From contig DATHUV010000034.1 of the NCBI GenBank assembly GCA_035461905.1, positions 8,574-72,573 on the forward strand: a DNA stretch of 64,000 nt, written 5' to 3'. The stretch is from Acidimicrobiia bacterium (lineage in GTDB: Bacteria > Actinomycetota > Acidimicrobiia > Spongiisociales > UBA5794). Positions 16,026 to 25,555 of this stretch are shown here, piece after piece. Below the pieces are notes generated by a model that searched no databases, had not been told where the DNA came from, and worked only from the letters and a program-made list of their open reading frames with translations. The translations under genes and the position numbers were made by a program. Position 1 is the first letter of the stretch, and each line of letters opens with the position of its first letter.

Positions 16026-17594
16026 TCAGTCGACCCACGTCGGTAAGTGCGCGTCGAAGGTGACAGCGTCGGCATCGACGTAGGTCGACAGAACTGCTGC
16101 GCTGCGAATCTCGTCGGGTGTTGCCGTGGTCACGTCCACACCGATGACAACCATGTCCGCCGGTGCTCCAATCGACAATGGCGCTTGCTCACCGAGGGCG
16201 TACGCCGCCCCGTCGGTGAACAGGTCGAGTGCTTCGAGAGGCGTGAGGCGTTCGCCCGGTGAGATACCGTGTCGGTCGATCGCCGCAGCCATGCCCCACA
16301 GCGGATGGGGTGGCTCGACCGGACAGTCCGACGAGCCCGCGAGTGGGATACCCGAGTCGCGCATCGTCCGAAACGGGTACAGCCACGGTTCACGGTCAGG
16401 GCCCACGCGCTGGGCGACCCACTCGGACTCGGAAGCGAGGAATGCCGGCTGGACGCACGCCGTGGCACCGAGGCCTGCGAATCTTCTGATCTGGTCCGGA
16501 TCGATGACCGACGCGTGCTCCATGCGGAGCCGGTCCGGGGTGGCTCCGTCGGCGATGAGCCCGTCGAAGAGGTCGAGGACGCCGCTTACGGCACGATCGC
16601 CGATCGCGTGTACCGCGACCATGCCACCCATCCGAATCGACTCCCCGCAGATCGCGGCGTCGGCATCGTTGAGGCGATAGGTCCCGATCGTGTCGACGTC
16701 GGCGAATGGAGCCCGCATGGCCGCGGTGTGACCTCCGAGGCTTCCGTCGGCGAAACGCTTGACACCGATCCACCGCATGCGTGGACCCGCCCCAGAGAGC
16801 CGCGCGGCGGCGCGTGACAGCTGATCCGGATCATCGGTGATGACGATGCCGTACACCCTGATCGGGAGGCGTCGGCCCACCTCGCACCACAGGTCGATCT
16901 CATCCTCCAGTTTGTGCGACGGCGCCTCTCCGTATCCGATCATGGTGCCGATGCTCGTCAGCCCTACGGCGGCGAGCCGCTCGAGCCCGTGGATCAGCTC
17001 GTCGGGATGCAGCCGCGACCCGCGTGAGAGGGCGGACGCGATCAGTCCGGCCGCCGTCTCCCTGAGCACTCCCGTCGGTCTTCCGCCCTCGTCGCGATCG
17101 AGCGAGCCCCCGGGGGGATCGGGTGTCGCCGATGAGATGGCGGATGCGTCGAGGGCAGCAGAGTTCGCGACCGCGACATGCCCGCAGTACCGGTAGATGA
17201 CCGCCGGGCGATCCGGTACGGCGCGGTCCAGGTCTTCACGGGTCGGCAGGCGCCGCTCTGCAAGACCCTCGTCATCCAGCCTCGTTGCCACGATCGGCTC
17301 CGTGGTCGGGCGCGAAGAGGCATACGCAGAGAGCCTCGCGACCAGGTCGTCGATCGACGAGGCAGACTTGAGCGAACACCCGCCGAGCAGCGTGGCGTAC
17401 GGCACGGCGTGGAGATGAGCGTCCCTGAGGCCGGGAATGATGAACCCTCCCGGATAGCGTTCCTCGACGATGGTGGGCTCGACGAGGTCATCCCGTTCAC
17501 CGATAGCCACCACGGTTCCGGACTCGGTGAGGATCGCGTTCCCGACCCGGCCCCGCGAGGTGATGACAGCCTCTGCGGAGAACAGCTTCCTCAC
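16026..17594 (-). CDS. Amidohydrolase-family metal-dependent hydrolase
   Basis: 522 aa with GLRDAHLH (HxH metal motif), VAVHAIGD, and SDCP near the C-terminus. The GTG start overlaps the upstream stop (GTGA). Confidence 0.8.
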   Translation of the reverse strand: MRKLFSAEAVITSRGRVGNAILTESGTVVAIGERDDLVEPTIVEERYPGGFIIPGLRDAHLHAVPYATLLGGCSLKSASSIDDLVARLSAYASSRPTTEPIVATRLDDEGLAERRLPTREDLDRAVPDRPAVIYRYCGHVAVANSAALDASAISSATPDPPGGSLDRDEGGRPTGVLRETAAGLIASALSRGSRLHPDELIHGLERLAAVGLTSIGTMIGYGEAPSHKLEDEIDLWCEVGRRLPIRVYGIVITDDPDQLSRAAARLSGAGPRMRWIGVKRFADGSLGGHTAAMRAPFADVDTIGTYRLNDADAAICGESIRMGGMVAVHAIGDRAVSGVLDLFDGLIADGATPDRLRMEHASVIDPDQIRRFAGLGATACVQPAFLASESEWVAQRVGPDREPWLYPFRTMRDSGIPLAGSSDCPVEPPHPLWGMAAAIDRHGISPGERLTPLEALDLFTDGAAYALGEQAPLSIGAPADMVVIGVDVTTATPDEIRSAAVLSTYVDADAVTFDAHLPTWVD

Positions 17595-18382
17595 GGATCG
17601 ATCAACCGCATCGGCATCCAGCTCTCGATCACGGTCCGCAGGTCGTCGTGGACGACGGAGTTGGAGGCAACGACGAGACCCATGAACGGTGTCGACCCCC
17701 GCCCGAAGGGATCCGTCACGGTTCCACCGGCCTCACGGACGAGGAGCAGACCTGCCGCACCGTCCCACGGCGCGATGCCGAGTTCCCAGTATCCCTCGTA
17801 TCGACCCGCGGCGACCCATGCGAAGTCGAGGGCGGCCGACCCGAAGCGCCTGATGCCGTTCACCCGTCTCAACACCTCCCGCACCACGACCGCGAGCTCG
17901 TCGGCATGCTCGTCGTGGTTGTACGGGAACCCGGTGGCGATCACCGATCGCTCCAGGCTGCTCTCGATCGAAACCGTCACGTGATGGCCGTTGAGGCGGG
18001 TTCCCCCGCCATCGGTGGCACTGAAGATCTCGTCACGCATCGGGTCGTACACGACACCCACCCGGGCACGGTCACCGTCGTAGAGGGCAATGGACACCGA
18101 GACGTGGGGTATGCCATGCACGAAGTTGACGGTGCCATCGAGTGGATCCACGATCCAGTGCCTGCCTCCCGTCAACTCCCCGCCTGCCTCCTCGGCGAGG
18201 ATCTCGTCTTCGGGCCTGTGCGTACGGATCAGGTCCGTGATCGCCTCCTCGGATGCGCGGTCCACCGCCGTCACGGGATCGAACTTCCCCTTGTAGTCGG
18301 GATTGGGTGGTGTCCCGAAGAAGCGACGGATGATCTCTCCGCCTGCCCTGGCAGCGTCGATGGCGAGGTGGAGGTCATCCAT
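17591..18382 (-). CDS. Inositol monophosphatase / SuhB-CysQ family phosphatase
   Basis: Motifs EE...WIVDPLDGTVNFVHG and WDGAAG. ATG 18382 (MDDLHLAIDAA) is preferred over GTG 18415. Confidence 0.85.
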   Translation of the reverse strand: MDDLHLAIDAARAGGEIIRRFFGTPPNPDYKGKFDPVTAVDRASEEAITDLIRTHRPEDEILAEEAGGELTGGRHWIVDPLDGTVNFVHGIPHVSVSIALYDGDRARVGVVYDPMRDEIFSATDGGGTRLNGHHVTVSIESSLERSVIATGFPYNHDEHADELAVVVREVLRRVNGIRRFGSAALDFAWVAAGRYEGYWELGIAPWDGAAGLLLVREAGGTVTDPFGRGSTPFMGLVVASNSVVHDDLRTVIESWMPMRLIDP

Positions 18383-18424
18383 GGTGTCGATGCTATCGCC
18401 TTGGTGCACCGACACGGCGGGTAG

Positions 18425-19963
18425 GTGGGTCCGGTCCTATCCTCTCGACCCATGGTTCCCATAGCCCTCGTCGCAGCGAGTTCCGTGCTGATGTGGGCCG
18501 CGTTTCCACCGATCGGCTTCGGACCCCTCGCCTTCGTCGCGCCGGTTCCGCTGTTTCTCGCCCTCCGCTCGGTCGAGAGGCCGTTCCATGCCCTGGCCCT
18601 CGGCTTCATATGGGGAGCCGCGTTCTTCGGACTCCTGCTCAACTGGTTGATGGTCCTCGGGTTCGTCGCCTGGTTCCCCCTCGCGATCCTGATGGGTGCG
18701 TTCTCTGCGTCCTATGCGTTCGTCGTCTGGTTGTTCCGAATGTGGCCCTCCTGGCGTTGGTGGATGATCGCAACCGGCGGATGGGTCGCCCTCGAGTTCA
18801 TCCGGGGCCGGTTTCCGTTCGGGGGGTTCCCGTGGGGGGACATCGGGTATCCGGCCGCTGGAATCCCCGGCGCGATCGGGTCGGTCCAGTGGATCGGGCC
18901 GTCCGGCTGGACCGCCATGACCATCGCATTCGCTGCGGGCTTGACGCTCTTCATCGAGAACCATCGCGACTGGAGGATGGCGGTGGACGCCGGGAGTGTC
19001 ATCGTGCTCCTCATCGTGGGCGGGGCCCTGTTCGCACCCTCGCCCGGTGGCCAGGTGTGGCGCACGGTCATCGTCCAGGGTGGATCGCCGTGTCCCCAGG
19101 TCCGATGTCAGAACGAGAACCAGCGCATCTATGAGCGGCACATGCAGCTGACCCGCCAGATTCCCGCGGGTACGGTCGAGTTCGTCGTGTGGCCGGAGAA
19201 CTCCACAGGAACCCCGTACGAGCCTGAGGGCAACGAGCAGGTACGCGCCGAGATCATCGAGCAGGCGAGGCGCCTCGATGCGCACATGCTCATCTCGGGG
19301 ACGCGGGTCGCAGGCGACGGCGAGTTCTACAACGTCAATGTCATGTACTCGCCCGATGGGGTGAAGGTCGGTGAGTACCTCAAGCGGCACCCTGTGCCCT
19401 TCGGGGAGTTCGTGCCGTTGCGGGGCCTGTTCGACTTCGTTCCGCAGCTCGACCGGGTGCCGAGGGACATGATCCGAGGTACCGACGCCGTGGTATTTCC
19501 GACCGAGCAGGGGTCTGTGGGCTCGGTGATCTCCTTCGAGGGATCGTTCGCCCGCTCGATGCGCTCGAGCGCGCTCGCAGGAGCGGAGGTGATGGTCGTG
19601 ACTACGAACACGTCGTCGTATGGGAAGTCACCGGCGACGGATCAGGCAATCGCGATGGTCAGGGTGAATGCCGCAGCCGTCGGCCTTGACACGGCGTACG
19701 CGTCGATCACCGGCAAGTCGACGTTCATAGGTGCGGACGGCAGTATCGGGCTCGTGACCGAGCAGCTCGACGAGCTCGCCCTCTATGGTGCACTGCGTTT
19801 CAGCCCGCAGGAAGTGACGCTGTGGGTCCGGTTCGGCGATTGGCTCGCAATCGGATCAATCCTGCTCGCCGGTGTTGCCCTGGCCTTCCCGGGGAGCCGG
19901 TCGCGATCGGGGTCATCGACCTCGGAAACGTCGTCGACAGGCCGTTTTGCGCCTTCGGGATGA
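18425..19963 (+). CDS. lnt: Apolipoprotein N-acyltransferase
   Basis: Polytopic N-terminal half, then a CN-hydrolase domain (VVWPENS, KRHPVPFGEFVP, VISFE). Confidence 0.88.
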   Translation: MGPVLSSRPMVPIALVAASSVLMWAAFPPIGFGPLAFVAPVPLFLALRSVERPFHALALGFIWGAAFFGLLLNWLMVLGFVAWFPLAILMGAFSASYAFVVWLFRMWPSWRWWMIATGGWVALEFIRGRFPFGGFPWGDIGYPAAGIPGAIGSVQWIGPSGWTAMTIAFAAGLTLFIENHRDWRMAVDAGSVIVLLIVGGALFAPSPGGQVWRTVIVQGGSPCPQVRCQNENQRIYERHMQLTRQIPAGTVEFVVWPENSTGTPYEPEGNEQVRAEIIEQARRLDAHMLISGTRVAGDGEFYNVNVMYSPDGVKVGEYLKRHPVPFGEFVPLRGLFDFVPQLDRVPRDMIRGTDAVVFPTEQGSVGSVISFEGSFARSMRSSALAGAEVMVVTTNTSSYGKSPATDQAIAMVRVNAAAVGLDTAYASITGKSTFIGADGSIGLVTEQLDELALYGALRFSPQEVTLWVRFGDWLAIGSILLAGVALAFPGSRSRSGSSTSETSSTGRFAPSG

Positions 19964-20068
19964 CGTGCATACAATGAAGAACCGAGATTTCGCGGTTGCA
20001 CTATCGCGCGTCACATCGCCAATAGCTGCTCCGCTCTGATACGCACCCAAGAAAGGCACCCAAGACCC

Positions 20069-20257
20069 ATGTCCGACATTCTCAAGGCATCACGTCCGAA
20101 GGGTCGATCCCGACGGCCGAAGACCTACGACGAGGAGCGCACCTGCGCCCATGTCGAGTGCTCCACACAGCTGTCGCGCTACAACAGGGCCGAGTTCTGT
20201 CACACCCATCGCCCGGTTCGGTACCCACGCCTCCGAGGCGTCCTCAGCGAGGAGTGA
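20069..20257 (+). CDS. Small basic Cys/His-rich protein (hypothetical)
   Basis: 62 aa: RPKGRSRRPKTYDEERTCAHVECSTQLSRYNRAEFCHTH. It is preceded by an AT-richer region and AAGAAAGG, and followed by a strong hairpin. Confidence 0.6.
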   Translation: MSDILKASRPKGRSRRPKTYDEERTCAHVECSTQLSRYNRAEFCHTHRPVRYPRLRGVLSEE

Positions 20258-20278
20258 CCGCCCTCCGTCCGAAGTGAA

Positions 20279-20303
20279 AAGGCCCCGGTAGCACCGGGGC
20301 CTT
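20279..20303. terminator. Bidirectional intrinsic-terminator-like hairpin
   Basis: AAGGCCCCGGT-AGC-ACCGGGGCCTT, a perfect 11-bp stem with a 3-nt loop, lies between the convergent small-protein and aminotransferase genes. Confidence 0.7.
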
Positions 20304-20365
20304 CCCATTTCCGACCTGGCACCTAGGACTCAACCGTTTCCGGTGGCCTCGGGAGCGTGAGGCGC

Positions 20366-21637
20366 TCAGCCCTTCTCGTGTGCGGCGATCGCTTCGGAAA
20401 GCATGTCGATGCCCCGGTCGAGATCGTCCTCGCTCACGTTCAGGGGAGGGATGAATCGGATGACATTGCCGTCAGGCCCGCAGTTGAGGATGAGGAGGCC
20501 GGCCTCGTGGGCGTGGGCAGCGATGTCCCTGAACGCGTCTGGATCGGGTGCGTTGTCGTGGGTGACGAGTTCGATCCCGATCATGAGCCCGAGGCCGCGT
20601 ACGTCCCCGATGGCTGCGTGCTGTTCCTTCAGTGCGTTCCACCGGGTGAACGCGTGTTCAGACAGCGCGGGTACGTTCGGTACCACGGAGCGAAGCTCTC
20701 GCACGGTTGCCGCCGAAGCTGCACACGAGACGGGGTTTCCCCCGAACGTGGTTCCATGGGAGCCGGTCGGCCACCGGTCGATGAATTCTGCGGAAGCGGC
20801 GACTGCCGAAAGGGGGAGGCCGTTCGCGATCGCCTTGCCCATGACGAGGACGTCCGGCCGCACGTCGTACACCTGGCTCGTGAACCAGTCGCCGGTGCGT
20901 CCGAATCCGGTCTGGACCTCGTCAGCGATGAGCAGGATGCCGTGTTCGTCGGCGATCTCACGAATTGCGGTGAGGAACTCCCGACTCGCGGGGTAATAGC
21001 CGCCTTCACCCTGCATCGGTTCGATGAGGAACGCCGCGATCTCCCCCGGTGTGACCTCGTACTTGAACTTCATGTCGAGTTCGCGCAGGGCGTAGGCGTT
21101 CGCCTCCTCCTGGGACATTCCCCACCCGAACGGGTGCGGGAACGGGACCACGAATGTCGATGGGAGGAGCGGGTGATAGCCCTGGCGGTACTTCGCCTTC
21201 GAGGTCGTGTAGGTGACGGACCCCATCGTCCGCCCATGGAATCCGCCGCGGAAGGTGATGATGCCCTGCCGGCCGGACACCTTGCGGGCGAGCTTCACGG
21301 AAGCCTCGACTGCCTCGGCGCCCGAGTTCATGAAGAAGAGCTTCTCGATGCCCTCCGGAGCCACGTCGATGATCACTTCGGCCGCATCGACGATCGTCTC
21401 GTACAGGAATGCACCACCGGCGTGCCAGAGCTTGTTCAGCTGTGCCTGGGCGGCGGCGACGACGGCATCGGGGCGGTGGCCGAGGTTGGTCGTGGCGATG
21501 CCACACGTGAAGTCGAGGTACTGCTTGCCGTCGGGTGCGGTGACCCAGCTCCCCTTGCCTTCGGTGATCTCGATCTCATTGTCGAACGAGATCACGGGGG
21601 CGATGATGTCACGGAATCTTCTCTGCAGGTCGGTCAT
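20366..21637 (-). CDS. Class III aminotransferase (4-aminobutyrate / omega-amino-acid type)
   Basis: From ATG 21637 (MTDLQRRF). Supporting sequence: MNSGAEAVE, FHGRT, IADEVQTGFGRTG, and the MGKAIANG lysine. Confidence 0.88.
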   Translation of the reverse strand: MTDLQRRFRDIIAPVISFDNEIEITEGKGSWVTAPDGKQYLDFTCGIATTNLGHRPDAVVAAAQAQLNKLWHAGGAFLYETIVDAAEVIIDVAPEGIEKLFFMNSGAEAVEASVKLARKVSGRQGIITFRGGFHGRTMGSVTYTTSKAKYRQGYHPLLPSTFVVPFPHPFGWGMSQEEANAYALRELDMKFKYEVTPGEIAAFLIEPMQGEGGYYPASREFLTAIREIADEHGILLIADEVQTGFGRTGDWFTSQVYDVRPDVLVMGKAIANGLPLSAVAASAEFIDRWPTGSHGTTFGGNPVSCAASAATVRELRSVVPNVPALSEHAFTRWNALKEQHAAIGDVRGLGLMIGIELVTHDNAPDPDAFRDIAAHAHEAGLLILNCGPDGNVIRFIPPLNVSEDDLDRGIDMLSEAIAAHEKG

Positions 21638-21781
21638 GGTCTCTCCGATCGGTTCGGGTCCGGGTCGTCGTGGCGCGAGGTTGGGCGTCACGGAGCTGCG
21701 AAGAGATGTTTTCGCTGGCGTCGAGGAGTCCGAACCATGTCCTGATGGTACCCGTCGGAGCCAATCACGTGCAGGAGCCCT

Positions 21782-22639
21782 TCATTCTCCCCTGAACTCG
21801 GGCGGGCGCTTCTCGAGGAACGCCATCGCAGCCTCCATGAAGTCGTTCGATCCGAGGAAGGAGCTGTTCCACAACGCCACGTAGTCGAGGCCTTCGGCGA
21901 CGGACCAGCCCTCGCCGGCGCGAAGGACGGCCTTGGCTCCCTGCACGGCGAGCGGTGAGTTCGCTGCGATCTCGTGGGCGAGTGCGACCGCCGCACTGAC
22001 GACTGCTGCGTGGTCATCCATGATGCGACCGACGAGGCCGATCTCGTGCGCCTCGTCGGCACCGAAGTCCCTGCCCGTGTAGACGAGCTCGGCCAGCCGT
22101 CCGGGGTCGATGATGCGCGGTAGTCGCTGGAGCGTCCCGACATCTGCGACCATCGCGATCCTCGTCTCACGAACGGAGAACACCGCGTCGCGTGACGCGT
22201 ATCGGATGTCGCACGCCGTGATGAGGTCGACACCCGCACCGATGCAGTTGCTGTGGACTGCTGCGATGACGGGCTTCGCACACGCCGCCAGTGCGTTGAA
22301 CGTGTGTTGCATCTTCCTGATCGTCTTGTACAGCGCTGCGCGCTTGCCGACGTCCGACGCCGGTTGGTTCTCGTCCGCTGGATCGACGCCACCGTTCGCA
22401 AAGATGGGGCCGAACGCTTTCAGGTCGATGCCTGCCGTGAAAGACGGCCCCTTTGCCGCGATCACGACGGCTCTGGTCTCGGGGTCGTCCGAGAGTGCCT
22501 CGATGATCTGCGGGAACTCGGTCCAGAACGCCGGCGCGAAGGCGTTGTGTGCTTCGGGACGATCGAGCCACACCGTTGCGACATGGTGATCGAAATCGAC
22601 GGAGACGACGTCTGAACGGGGGATGGCTGCTCGTGACAT
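21782..22639 (-). CDS. Enoyl-CoA hydratase/isomerase (crotonase) family protein
   Basis: From ATG 22639: VATVWLDRPEAHNAF, GPSFTAGIDL, CIGAGVDL. Confidence 0.85.
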   Translation of the reverse strand: MSRAAIPRSDVVSVDFDHHVATVWLDRPEAHNAFAPAFWTEFPQIIEALSDDPETRAVVIAAKGPSFTAGIDLKAFGPIFANGGVDPADENQPASDVGKRAALYKTIRKMQHTFNALAACAKPVIAAVHSNCIGAGVDLITACDIRYASRDAVFSVRETRIAMVADVGTLQRLPRIIDPGRLAELVYTGRDFGADEAHEIGLVGRIMDDHAAVVSAAVALAHEIAANSPLAVQGAKAVLRAGEGWSVAEGLDYVALWNSSFLGSNDFMEAAMAFLEKRPPEFRGE

Positions 22640-22723
22640 GCCCGGACAGTAATCGGCGACTCCGTCGAATCGGCCGGTCAGGGAACCGGATCGACCCCGG
22701 CGCCCGTCCAAACCCCAGCCGAC

Positions 22724-23704
22724 ATGGTCGGGTCAACGATGGGAGGAATCATGGGACGTCAGGACACCACTCGACGGACGGGATGGGCCCGCATCCTCCT
22801 CGTCGTCATGGCCGTATCGGTCGTTGTCGCAGCGTGCTCGGCCAACGACGACGCGACGACTGTCACCACGACGGCCTCAGCAGGGGGCGAAAGCGGACTC
22901 GATGAAGGGCCCGCACCGGAACCGGGTGCCCGCCAGGATGGGATCGCATACGACGTCGTGCTCGACGACGGGATGATCGTCTTCGAGCAGGTCGGGTCCA
23001 CCTTCGATGCGAAGATCATCAGGGATGGCTCCGTCGAACTCCGGATCGAGCCTGGCTCGTTCGGGACCACCGCCGGTCAGGTGCGAGCGATCGCCGCTGA
23101 CCTCGGCGGGTACATCGCCTCGGGGGAGTCGCGTGTCGAGCAGTTCGAGGACGATCGTTACGCAGTCGGCTGGTACACGATCCGGATCCCGAGTGATCGG
23201 TTCGACGAGGCCGTCGCTCGCGTCGAGCAGCTCGGTGAGCGTGTCTCTGCGTCGCTGTCATCCCAGGACGTCACCGAGGAGTATGTGGATCTCGAGGGTC
23301 GCCTCGACTACTGGCGCGAGCAGGAGGCGTTCTACCTGCGCCTCATGGAGGAAGCAACGACGATCGAGGAGCTCGTGACGGTCCAGACGAGGATGCAGGA
23401 CGTCTTGTTGAACATCGAGCAGATCGAAGGCCGACTCCGCTACCTCGACTCGCGCACGGACTTCGCGACGCTGACCGTCGGCCTGACCGAGGTTCCCGAC
23501 ACGGCGGTTCCGCCCGTCGACCCGAAGGATCCGGGCCCCATCGCCGAAGCGTTCGATCAGGCGGGAGAGGTCCTCCTCGCGACCGTTGGCTTCATGATCA
23601 TCGCAACCGCCGTTGCCATCCCGATCGCGATCGTCGTGGCTGTTGCCTACGGCATCTTCAGGCTGTTCACCCGTCCCACCCGCCGCGGAACCGCTGCGAG
23701 CTGA
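22724..23704 (+). CDS. DUF4349-like lipoprotein
   Basis: Signal peptide with lipobox (VVVAACS). The central coiled region VTEEYVDLEGRLDYWREQE...IEGRLRYLDSRTDFATLTV and the C-terminal TM helices match the DUF4349 architecture as I recall it. Confidence 0.7.
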   Translation: MVGSTMGGIMGRQDTTRRTGWARILLVVMAVSVVVAACSANDDATTVTTTASAGGESGLDEGPAPEPGARQDGIAYDVVLDDGMIVFEQVGSTFDAKIIRDGSVELRIEPGSFGTTAGQVRAIAADLGGYIASGESRVEQFEDDRYAVGWYTIRIPSDRFDEAVARVEQLGERVSASLSSQDVTEEYVDLEGRLDYWREQEAFYLRLMEEATTIEELVTVQTRMQDVLLNIEQIEGRLRYLDSRTDFATLTVGLTEVPDTAVPPVDPKDPGPIAEAFDQAGEVLLATVGFMIIATAVAIPIAIVVAVAYGIFRLFTRPTRRGTAAS

Positions 23705-23714
23705 CCGAGGTTGG

Positions 23715-24329
23715 TCAGCGTTTGAGGGTGAATGGTGGGTACTCGTCGGTGAGGGCGGCGATCCACGCCCACGTCCGGGCCCACCAGCGGTGGAAGCCGA
23801 CGAAGTACCAGTGCAGCGAAAGGGGAAGGCGTCCGGTCATGAGGATCGCGACGTATCCGAACCATGCCGCGAACAGCGTCCCGATCGTGAGCCACAGGAG
23901 GATGAACAGGTGCGGCACCGCCATGAGCGACCGGATGAGCAGGATCCCGGCAAGGGCGAGCCAGCGGTTCTGTGGTTCGGGAGCCTCCTCGACGATCACC
24001 TGGGCCGGATGGTTCTCGTCCGTACCGAACGTCGGATACACGTCGGTCGTCGAGGTGAACCAGGCGAACACCCGGCTCGACCACTCGAGGAAGATGAGTT
24101 CGAGGTTCTCCACCCAATAGGGCTTCCCGCCCTGGATGAGGATGTACCAGTACCCGATCCACACCACGACCTGGACCACGGACGCGTAGAGCGAGAGGAG
24201 GATCAGGTGAGGTATGAGCAGGACGGTCTTGGCGAACAGCAGGATGCCGAGCGCTGCGAGGCCCCTGCTGCGGTACTCGTCGTCGACGGGAACCACGAAG
24301 TCGACGGGGTACTGAGCCGGTTCCGTCAT
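23715..24329 (-). CDS. DUF4389-like integral membrane protein
   Basis: From ATG 24329 (MTEPAQYPVDF). There are two repeats of a two-TM module with (L/V)PH(L/I) motifs (LLIPHLILL, MAVPHLFILL). Confidence 0.65.
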   Translation of the reverse strand: MTEPAQYPVDFVVPVDDEYRSRGLAALGILLFAKTVLLIPHLILLSLYASVVQVVVWIGYWYILIQGGKPYWVENLELIFLEWSSRVFAWFTSTTDVYPTFGTDENHPAQVIVEEAPEPQNRWLALAGILLIRSLMAVPHLFILLWLTIGTLFAAWFGYVAILMTGRLPLSLHWYFVGFHRWWARTWAWIAALTDEYPPFTLKR

Positions 24330-24538
24330 GTCCACCTCGCTCGCTGACAGTCGGCGCATCCACTGGTGAGGACCGTCGCTTCCAGTCTCCCACATGGGTG
24401 CGGCAATCCCCAGTGCCGTCGTTGGAACATCCCCGGCCCCGGCCCCGGCCCGAGCCGCGAGCCGACCGAAGTCTGCGACGAGGGCCCCCGAATGGAGGGC
24501 CCCGATGGCTGGCCTTCGATGCCGAGAGTTGCGAGAGG

Positions 24539-25555
24539 TCAGCGGATCTCGACGGCGCGGTCCCCGGCGACGACCCTGCCGATCACCGACGCAGGCAGTT
24601 CGGACGTCTCGAACGCCCGCATCGTCGCATCCACGTCGTCCTCGGCAACGATCGCCGTGAACCCGATTCCCATGTTGAAGGTGCGGAACATCTCACCAAG
24701 GGGGATACCCCCCACCTTCTGGAGGACCGAGAACACGTGGGGAACCTCCCAACTCGACCGCTCGATGACCGCTCGGGAGCCCTCGGGGAGCACACGAATC
24801 ACGTTGCCGGGAAGGCCGCCGCCCGTGATGTGCGCGAGGCCGTGCGCCACGACCCGAGCGTTGAGGTTCACGACCGCCGGTGCGTACACGATGCTCGGCT
24901 GGAGCAGGACGTGGGCGGTCGGCGTCGAGGTGTCGGGGAAGTCGGCGTCGAGGGGCAGCCCTTTCGCGATGATGGCTCGTACGAGGGAGAAGCCGTTCGA
25001 GCGGAGGTTCGGGCTCTCCACGCCGATGATGACGTCACCGGGTCCGACGTTCTCCGCGTTCACCTCCTCGCCCATCTCCACGATGCCCAGGGCCGTCGCC
25101 GAGATGTCGAACTGGCCCGGCGCCATGATGCCGGGGTGCTCGGCCGTCTCCCCTCCGAGGAGGGCGATGTCAGCTGCTGAACATGCATCAGCGATGGACT
25201 CGATGAGCGTCTCGACCATGTCGACGTCGAGGGTGCCGACCGCCACATAGTCCGTCATCGCAATCGGTTGGGCGCCAGCTGCGGCGAGATCATCTGCGAC
25301 CATAGCGACGAGATCGAAGCCGAGGCCCTCGATCAGTCCCGCTTGTCGAGCGACCTCCGCCTTGGTGCCGACGCCGTCCGTCGACATCATCAGCACGGGA
25401 ACCCGGAACCCGGCGGGGATCTGGATACCGGCGGCGAATCCGCCGAAGCCGCCTACGACGTCCTCGGTCCAGGTCGCCGTTACGCGCCACCCGATCCGTT
25501 CGACCAGTTCGTCGGCGGCGTCGAGGTTGACGCCCGCGTTCTTGTAGCTCGTCAT
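24539..25555 (-). CDS. purM: Phosphoribosylformylglycinamidine cyclo-ligase (AIR synthetase)
   Basis: From ATG 25555: MTSYKNAGVNLDAADELV...STDGVGTK...GGETAEHPG. The start overlaps the purF stop (ATGA). The 561-aa track ORF is an extension into purF. Confidence 0.93.
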   Translation of the reverse strand: MTSYKNAGVNLDAADELVERIGWRVTATWTEDVVGGFGGFAAGIQIPAGFRVPVLMMSTDGVGTKAEVARQAGLIEGLGFDLVAMVADDLAAAGAQPIAMTDYVAVGTLDVDMVETLIESIADACSAADIALLGGETAEHPGIMAPGQFDISATALGIVEMGEEVNAENVGPGDVIIGVESPNLRSNGFSLVRAIIAKGLPLDADFPDTSTPTAHVLLQPSIVYAPAVVNLNARVVAHGLAHITGGGLPGNVIRVLPEGSRAVIERSSWEVPHVFSVLQKVGGIPLGEMFRTFNMGIGFTAIVAEDDVDATMRAFETSELPASVIGRVVAGDRAVEIR

